Source: Schmidtea nova (Eukaryota). Taken from it: DNA of 64,000 nucleotides. This document shows, piece after piece, positions 60,601 to 64,000 of the stretch. The position numbers and the translations under genes were made by a program. Under the pieces are notes generated by a model, which was not told the origin of the DNA, made no database searches, and saw only the letters and a program-made list of their open reading frames with translations. Positions within the stretch are counted from its first letter, which is position 1, and each line of letters opens with the position of its first letter. The DNA is taken from contig CM097883.1 in NCBI GenBank assembly GCA_044892505.1, positions 241,490,001 to 241,554,000 of the forward strand. Reading direction: 5' to 3'.

Positions 60601-61347
60601 ACCATTTCTAAGCGATCTAAGAAATATTATACTGACTATATAAAATGTTAAAAAAAATTTAATTTATCGAATATTTTAGTAACTTTTATTAAAAAATCGT
60701 TTATTTCAATTCTTTCCAATTGTATATCAATGAGTTGTTTTTTATTTAACAAAAATTTTCAACAGACTTTTTCTGTGTTTTTAAATTTTGTTAGATTTTA
60801 AAATTAAAAATCTTAAAATATATTTTTGAAATTATTCCGAAAAAGTTGACAATTTAACACTGCATATTGTAATGAACTTCACACTTACTTAAAAGATTTT
60901 CGATAGGAAGTGTGTAATTGTCTAAGGAACCCAAGGTTTGAGTAATTGTTGTTGATGCTATAGAATTTGTTGTTGATGCTATAGAATTTGTTGTTGATGC
61001 TATAGAATTTGTTGTTGATGCTATAGAATTTGTTGTTGATGCTATAGAATTTGTTGTTGATGATATAGAATTTGTTGTTGTAGATGTTTGAGATTGGGTG
61101 GACTGAACTCTTATAATTTGAGTTAATGTTGACTGAGGTGAACTGAATGTAGCTAAAGTTGTTGATATTGAATCTGAAGGACTTTTAGACGATGTTAACG
61201 TAGTAACTGTCAATGTGGTAGAATTTTGACCCAAACTAGAAACACTTGGTGTAATTTGTGTATTGGTAGTACTGACCGATGTCTGCAAATTATCTGTATT
61301 TACTTGTGAAATCGAACTCGTTGTTGGATTAGTAGTAGTTATTGTTT
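18889..61347 (-). CDS. Giant adhesion GPCR (Ser/Thr stalk, 6 LamG/pentraxin-like repeats, GAIN/GPS, 7TM); ADGRD1/GPR133-like repeat type; 13 exons, 5' end unresolved
   Basis: Exons 61347-60889, 57554-57138, 53885-53719, 53672-53465, 53418-53162, 48997-48832, 48779-48462, 46165-45920, 39640-39332, 36846-33018, 30494-30368, 29091-28941, 19136-18889. All GT..AG and phase-compatible, giving ~2,300 aa without stops. GPS WDNSGC..QCEHLTSFAILM; TM7 YIFAIFGSLQG. Confidence 0.85.
20138..20378. mobile_element. piggyBac-type MITE (241 bp)
   Basis: TTAA-CCCCTTTACCG ... CGGTAAAGGGG-TTAA; subterminal direct repeat CTCGGGTCTACCGGT twice. Confidence 0.9.
20811..20940. mobile_element. hAT (Buster-type) MITE (130 bp)
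   Basis: TIR CAGCGGTCGGAAACC / GGTTCCCGACCGATG, perfect 8-bp TSD CTATAGAT. Confidence 0.9.
21882..24276 (-). pseudogene. Fragmented RT-RNase H-integrase of E3
   Basis: SPWASPIHLV..RPCGDYRRLN, IDLQKAY, YVDDIL, TDASNTAIG, HIDLVGP, TDRGAQF; many frameshifts and stops. Confidence 0.9.
24321..28322 (+). mobile_element. LTR retrotransposon E4 (Mag-like Gypsy), complete, 4.0 kb, very recent
   Basis: 131-bp LTRs 24321-24451 and 28192-28322 (1 mismatch; TA..CA ends), 5-bp TSD ATAAG (24316-24320, 28323-28327), PBS TGGCGTCACGA at 24453, PPT GATGAAAGGA 28182-28191. Confidence 0.95.
24452..28183 (+). CDS. Intact single-ORF Gag-Pol of E4 (1243 aa from MASRLEEL)
   Basis: Mag-type knuckle CHYCDRIH..CPAYGKKCTNCDRMNHFAKAC, protease DTGASVS, RT YQDDVL, RNase H TDASK, integrase H..H..CxxC and HMDWA / SDNAQEF / NGSAER. 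The track start at 24356 lies inside the LTR. Confidence 0.92.
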   Translation: MASRLEELNLDDNINVEIWLTAFGAMSRANKWVDSDKSRQIMDNFLSVCGLKALTKIQHMASPKLLEEMTFSEIKAMLLNHTQPKSKVVIAERARFYQLRQEPKEKLADFYIRLKKAAIYCDFKKLKESTDPNEDMLLMALISGIYDINAKEKILLQMSAGIPTCNEILAQMQTYEEISTFISLQHGTKPTITSTTDEINFIKKKRSNLGTSRKFEEKGNQRCHYCDRIHEPKKCPAYGKKCTNCDRMNHFAKACRSSTKSIHGTFADQTSSADESDRQYINQFTSNNITSDINPVLLGTTIVKMQKDTGASVSIISSKMWEDMGRPKLDKTRRKLEVYDGHIMQCHGSFLTTVEWEKQVLPVTITVIQSMKDFGLIGMDILQQTRHGILQCQITKTTESQVLPAIKGIKASMDLIDDAKPMFCKARPIPLALENKVNDELIRLQRLGVISPCTKPVLNSSPVVWVKKSNGDLRLCVDFKVHINKKIKTDAYPIPNVETIFSKLKNANKFAKLDLTSAYWQIELDDKAKEISCINTTKGMFIVNRLQMGMKNASAIFQRTMEQILKDIKGILIYQDDVLIYAENEESLRNRLQTVKSRLKEKKVTINQAKTIELTNSVSFLGFEISSKGITPDKSLVSKINNIKEPTCKDEVESFIGLINYFGRLIPNFSDKTRVINELRKKGVKFDWNKECSNQFKALKQEISTYPVVQPYSLEKEATLTTDASKHAIAAVLTQDGHPVIYISRTLSAAEKNYSNIEREALAIVWSISRLQHFLLGRKFKVNTDHQPLQSLFGSESPIPRQTSNRISRWAMLLMQYDYEIYYVMGKQIPHADALSRLKFIDEKEANEEIKTKNTLSVFTVQFSEGLLNASEVRLETSLNELARDIMRRIKKGNWSKCSQSEMPFKKISDRLTIEDGLIYHGSRLFIPPKLRKKCIDIAHNETHSGLQSTFYRLKASSWWPGIHGDIDNFIRSCAICKKLHPRPEKSIHKWPEAKPFQRVHMDWAHIKEVGDVLIIVDAGSGWIEAFKTSDKTSKSVITCLRTVFTRFGVPECIVSDNAQEFTSHELNAWINSQGAMKLESPAYFPRSNGSAERAVQTVKKALKGWNELRTHCDFNTFLQKILFHHRISSTSRGKSPAEIVFGRQPRAPIMSKFQQGQDIWYKASEDVEPKEGEFIMTKGNNTSYITIESQNDNVTLVSNNQISDHRQIQEVKDAQLTQEKVPAESDIRRSGRHRSKHRCGCC
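28941..29091 (-). CDS. Adhesion GPCR exon 12 (end of TM7, helix 8)
   Basis: GLWVLIFYGLMNPDFRYAMCRK...; phase-0 acceptor continues SLQ|G; donor AAAG|GTAATT. Not in the ORF track. Confidence 0.85.
30368..30494 (-). CDS. Adhesion GPCR exon 11 (TM6 and start of TM7)
   Basis: RDNIVQTACTISLMLISWIFVTIFMATSIIPTAYIFAIFGSLQ; phase 2 in, phase 0 out; TTTAG/GTAAG sites. Confidence 0.88.
30785..31687 (+). mobile_element. DD39D/Stowaway-like mariner derivative (903 bp) with transposase C-terminus
   Basis: Perfect 32-bp TIR CTACCTCCGTTCCACAATAGTTGTCACATTTG with TA flanks; ORF 31109-31417 QPPNSPDLNVLDLGFFNSIQALQ. Confidence 0.9.
31754..32175. mobile_element. pogo-like MITE
   Basis: TA-flanked imperfect TIR CTGTCTTCCCCCGAGCATATTACGCGCG / reverse complement CAGTCTTTCCCCGAATATAATACGCGCG. 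Confidence 0.75.
32181..32373. mobile_element. Tigger-like MITE (193 bp)
   Basis: TA-CAGGTAACCCTCGTTTAACGCGGTT ... AACCGCATTAAACGAGGGTTGCCTG-TA; directly abuts the previous MITE. Confidence 0.85.
33018..36846 (-). CDS. Adhesion GPCR exon 10 (3.8 kb: LamG-like repeats, GAIN/GPS, TM1-TM5)
   Basis: Track ORF 33014-36838; acceptor TTCAG|GA GAA TGG, donor GCC AG|GTAAAT; HLTSFAILM followed by five hydrophobic helices. Confidence 0.95.
37874..39205. mobile_element. Foldback/MULE-like element with 15-bp subterminal tandem arrays
   Basis: Left (ACGAAATTACACAAG)n and right inverted (GTAATTTCGTCTTGT)n; 8-bp TSD GTATTCAC (37866-37873, 39206-39213). Interior has gaps, (AAT)n and a palindrome. Confidence 0.75.
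38371..38559. repeat. Perfect palindrome, 90-bp arms, 9-nt loop
   Basis: 38371-38460 is the exact reverse complement of 38470-38559. Related asymmetric copies at ~50330-50480 and ~53940-54090. Confidence 0.9.
39332..39640 (-). CDS. Adhesion GPCR exon 9 (LamG-like repeat 3)
   Basis: KCLFDPTYDNCRYNGVTISMWMK..FFLSTG..GISIF..WSII; phase 1-1. Confidence 0.88.
39864..40718 (+). mobile_element. Tigger/pogo-like deletion derivative
   Basis: TIR CAGTAAAATCTCGTAACTATGCCACT / reverse complement CAGTCAAATCTCGATACTATGCCACT. ~40420-40610 reads EEVVSFEKAKRAC..RQKKMRQPTI, like a Tigger C-terminus. Confidence 0.75.
42835..43651 (-). mobile_element. Probable solo-LTR-like repeat, divergent family member
   Basis: TGACTCCTTGTGCTCTTTAA matches copy 1 at 19/20; GCTCGGATTTTCC and CTTTATATAG motifs occur in the same order. 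Confidence 0.45.
45541..45831. mobile_element. hAT (Buster-type) MITE
   Basis: CAGGGGCTGCAAA ... TTTGAAAACACTG, perfect TSD AAATATAG; homologous to 17228-17529. Confidence 0.85.
45920..46165 (-). CDS. Adhesion GPCR exon 8
   Basis: SSQMKQLNFAKNYWTPD...DYLLLG; phase 1-1; track ORF 45885-46157. Confidence 0.82.
48462..48997 (-). CDS. Adhesion GPCR exons 6-7 (48997-48832, 48779-48462; LamG-like repeat 2)
   Basis: RCPCIFTACRSGLSISFW.. and WQNYGFTV..LEIYING..IINDVVIW; 52-nt intron 48780-48831. Confidence 0.85.
49165..49565 (-). mobile_element. Old Buster-like hAT derivative
   Basis: CAGTGATTTTCA / TGAGAATCATTG ends; core ATGTCGACAAACAAG..ATTTCGTCG shared with ~55770-55810; degenerate TSD. Confidence 0.5.
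50929..51144. mobile_element. pogo-like MITE
   Basis: 22-bp perfect IR GGAGTTTACCGAAAATAAGACC / GGTCTTATTTTCGGTAAACTCC with TA flanks. Confidence 0.75.
51772..53050 (+). mobile_element. Full-length mariner (DD34D) element, 1279 bp
   Basis: TA-flanked TIR CGTGGTGC(G/A)CCCAATAAGT(T/C)GTGAGACTAAA. Confidence 0.95.
51931..52957 (+). pseudogene. Frameshifted mariner transposase
   Basis: MPLETIQYRSIIRFLF (HTH), LCSRFVPRFLT, TVDET, HDNVP, HPPYS.DL; split over four track ORFs by about three frameshifts. Confidence 0.92.
53162..53885 (-). CDS. Adhesion GPCR exons 3-5 (53885-53719, 53672-53465, 53418-53162)
   Basis: GFDGSQGFEFYF..MWTAQ..WLIVGFSW; VFLGC..SVGHVSMW; Thr-rich linker. Two 46-nt introns. 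The exon-5 donor could alternatively be at 53141 (same phase). Confidence 0.82.
56195..56927. mobile_element. Tc1/mariner-type MITE (733 bp)
   Basis: TA-CACCGTGTTTCACTCAATGGG ... CCCATTGAGTGAAATACGGTG-TA. Confidence 0.85.
57138..57554 (-). CDS. Adhesion GPCR exon 2 (start of LamG-like repeat 1)
   Basis: HHWYYD..LCLGEIEQCEYGISAAMWFK..TFLASG; phase 1-1; extends track ORF 57127-57429 upstream to a TTTTAG acceptor. Confidence 0.85.
57776..58126 (+). mobile_element. hAT MITE retaining the last transposase codons
   Basis: TIR CAGAGGCGTAACTA / TAGGTACGCCACTG, perfect TSD TATGCGGT; internal DFDNIIKQFASAKARKINL*. Confidence 0.88.
58560..59210 (-). mobile_element. Probable solo-LTR-like repeat, close relative of 4270-4978
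   Basis: Colinear CGCTCGGGCTTT, GCTCGGGTTT.CCATT, TTTCCCCC, TTTTAATTAATTTTT and AACCCCAACA motifs. Confidence 0.5.
59320..59998 (+). mobile_element. 5'-truncated Tigger/pogo element (transposase C-terminus and right TIR)
   Basis: KQITIANCFRHCGF, ORF 59548-59865 ending RQRQLTIPEMFK*, right end TTCGAATTAACGAGATTTTACTG-TA. Confidence 0.75.
60889..61347 (-). CDS. Adhesion GPCR exon 1 (most 5' exon found; Ser/Thr-rich stalk)
   Basis: Track ORF 60854-61357; CTAG acceptor and A|GTAAGT donor, phase 1-1, matches the exon-2 acceptor. Linkage to the gene is inferred from strand and phase. Confidence 0.7.
60946..61059. repeat. 21-bp coding tandem repeat (TTGTTGTTGATGCTATAGAAT), ~5 copies
   Basis: Encodes NSIASTT repeats on the minus strand. 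Confidence 0.92.
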
Positions 61348-62221
61348 CTAGATTCAAATTAAAAATTAATGTTACCCAAAAGTAATATAATATTAATTAA
61401 AAACAAGAATCTAGGTCTGTATTGGTTTGTAGTTTGATATCTATAAATTAAAATATTTTAATAATATAGTAAAAATATAATTATTTAGTATAAATAGATA
61501 ATACGTTAATTAATACAAGATCAGTTTAGTTATATAACAGATGTCAAAAATGTATAATAGTCGTAAAGTTTGTTCACAGAATCTTAGAGATTGGAATAAA
61601 TTCAGATTGAAAATTTGGATTGATTTCTTCGAATGAAAAAGAATTTCTGAAAAAATAAAAAAATTAATTTTATTTAAAATACTAGAAAAAAACAAAAAAG
61701 TGAAGACACTGTTAGGTTTTTATAGTACTGACGCGTGCAAGTATGTAGCATTTGTTTAATGATGTCCTTTAAAACTCCAGTCGATAAATTCAGATGAATT
61801 TTTTTCTTTCCACTGTAAGAAGGAATGTTTTAAATTTTAAAGATAAAATTTGTTGTGTGGAATAGCAAATGTTGATGACGTTGCTATGGATTTTAGTAAA
61901 CTTTTTTTCAATCAAAAGATAAAAAAATTATAATTTTATAATCCTTAAATTTAAATAATTGAAAATATTTTCAATTTTATTTTTATTTTACTCTCATTTA
62001 ATATTTCATAAATTAAAAAATTTATTAAGAATAATTATAAATTTTAAAGATTTGGGTATTTCTTAAAAACGAGATAATTTTTATTGATTAAAAATGAATT
62101 TTAATAATTGTTTTACAAAACAATATTTTAAATTTATGTATTTAAAAATATTTAAAATTTTTCATTAACTATAAAAAATTTGTTTTAATTACTCAAATAT
62201 CTCATAATATTAAAATTCAAA

Positions 62222-62807
62222 ATGGTTAAGTCAAAAGTAATAATTTTAATCATAATTAAGTTTTTTAAAGTAAATTAATTTAGAAAGGTCCCTTTGTCAG
62301 CGTGAAAGATATTTGCCAACAAAAATATACTGTTGCTTTAGCTGAATTTTTGAAAAAGTAATTTATCATTCATCCTTTTATGATTATAAATATATTATTT
62401 TCTAGTTCTGGCAAAATTGAACAACCAGAATGGGTCGATTTAGTTAAATTATCTCGAGCTAACGAATTAGCACCACAAGATTCTGATTGGTACTTTGTAA
62501 GATGTGCCAGCATTCTCCGTCATTTGTACAACAGATCTACTGGCATCCATGGTTTGACAAAGATCTATAGTCGTAACAAGAACAACGGAAGCAGACCAAG
62601 CCACATGGTTAAGGGAAACACTGGAATTATTAGAAATTGCTTGAAAACATTAACAGGATTGGGATTGGTCGAGCTTGTAAATCAGTAAGATATTTTTATT
62701 ATATTTTTTAATTTTAATATTTAATTAGAAAAAGATCGTTGACTAGTGAAGGAAGACGAGATTTAGACAGAATTGCTTTCCAATTAAAAATCAAGTCAAA
62801 ATTATAA
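62222..62807 (+). CDS. RPS19: 40S ribosomal protein S19 (eS19), 148 aa, 4 exons
   Basis: Exons 62222-62236, 62284-62357, 62406-62684, 62729-62807 (introns 47, 48, 44 nt). SVKDI..FLKNSGKI..PEWVDLVK..ELAPQDSDWYFVRCASILRHLY..GSRPSH..LTSEGRRDLDRIA; AATAAA just after the stop. Confidence 0.95.
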
Positions 62808-63389
62808 ATATTGAATAAATATTTTGGAATTTATATTTTCATTTTTCATACTATTTTTACTGAATAAGTCATTTATAGAAACTGGTCACTTAACATCTAT
62901 TTAACTATTTGCCCTATTACGATTTTAGTTTTGAAATATAATTGAATTGTTGATACTATTTTTACTGTTCCTAGTTATCGAAAATGAATTCGAATGAAGG
63001 ACCCTTAATGTCATTCATTTACTTCGTTGATAATAATAATGACAATTATCAATACTGTTTAGTTTATAATGTAACTAAAATAATTCGATTTAAAATATTT
63101 TCTGATCGCAATTGTATCATTGGAATATTATACGTTTTGAAAATTGTTTTTAAAAATAAGACAATTGTCACTATATTTTTAATGACATAAAATTATGTAG
63201 AAATTACAGAAGTTAGACGATTTTAAAAATATCTATTTTATAAAATAGAATTTACCGACAATTTATACATGTGAATAAACAGAGATGATAAATAGACGCC
63301 TATAAAATATTAAGGGGCAATTCAATACAAAATTTTTTTATTGTCTTTTCAATTAATATGTTATGAGTGCTGGGTTCATGGACGGTTAA

Positions 63390-63780
63390 AATAAATACAT
63401 ACTGTTCTAAGGATACACTATCAATGACCATAAATAAATGTGCCAACAGATGTATTTCGCTCATTTCAGACATTTGGGCCTGTAGCTGCATGGCAAACAT
63501 CTTTTGCGTTTTGAGTCGATTATTTTCCTTTTCTTAGGGTTGTTAGTCAATGGGACGACGTTAGTTATCTGCGCTGATATTTCTTCAACATCTGTCCCTA
63601 TCGAACATACGGGTTTCTTTTCCATTACCCAATTTTGGTAGGTGATGGCCGGATTTGAGTTGGCTACTGAATGGAGATACTTTCGCAGTTCTATTTTGGT
63701 GGCCTACTCCAAACTGTACTCATCTGCTGTCCGTTTAGCTTGTTCCGTACAAGCGATATGATCTTTCATCCTGGCTGGTG
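63390..63780 (-). pseudogene. piggyBac-like transposase C-terminal remnant
   Basis: One minus frame with internal stops reads ..IELRKYLH..KRKRCLPCSYRPKCLK*AKYICWH, resembling the piggyBac Cys-rich C-terminal domain. No TIR assigned. Confidence 0.5.
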
Positions 63781-64000
63781 TAAACCTTACTTACTCCGCC
63801 TTATTATCCAGGCTTTGTCAAGCGCATTCTGATTAATAGATTCCTGCTCATACTGTAAAAAGAATGGGGTTTTAATTAATTAGTCTATCGTGAGTTCGAT
63901 TTTATGCACAAACAACATGATAAAATTTCGAATTGAACAACAATTTCATGCTAATATTAGATATCAATAATTGTTCCTTTTTATTTCTCAAAAACATGGG

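Noticed and set aside
1-64000. tRNA, rRNA, telomeric repeats, prokaryotic defence systems
   Set aside because: None seen; the only tRNA-related sequences are retroelement primer-binding sites.

Overview
AT-rich (~25-30% GC) animal genomic scaffold with N gaps; nothing prokaryotic (no operons, rRNA, tRNA genes or CRISPR). Host genes: (1) a ~42-kb minus-strand gene that I spliced by hand into 13 phase-compatible exons (61347 to 18889, ~2,300 aa, 5' end unresolved), encoding an adhesion GPCR with a Ser/Thr stalk, six tandem LamG/pentraxin-like repeats, GAIN/GPS and 7TM; (2) a four-exon ribosomal protein S19 gene head-to-head with it; (3) an intronless type-I membrane protein with Ig-like and GCC2/GCC3-type Cys-rich regions (15182-16462); (4) a two-exon orphan with SPDCEK hexapeptide repeats (6363-5761). 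The rest is dense with transposons. There are two nested LTR-retrotransposon stacks, each a young element inside the 5' LTR of an older one. One young element is an intact 4.0-kb Mag-like Gypsy with TA..CA LTR ends; the other is gag-less, with its PBS enclosed by a perfect 42-bp inverted repeat. Also present: mariner, DD39D/Stowaway-like, pogo/Tigger, hAT and piggyBac elements, a foldback element, a probable solo-LTR family and satellites. All coordinates were counted by hand; family assignments are from motif recognition, not database searches.
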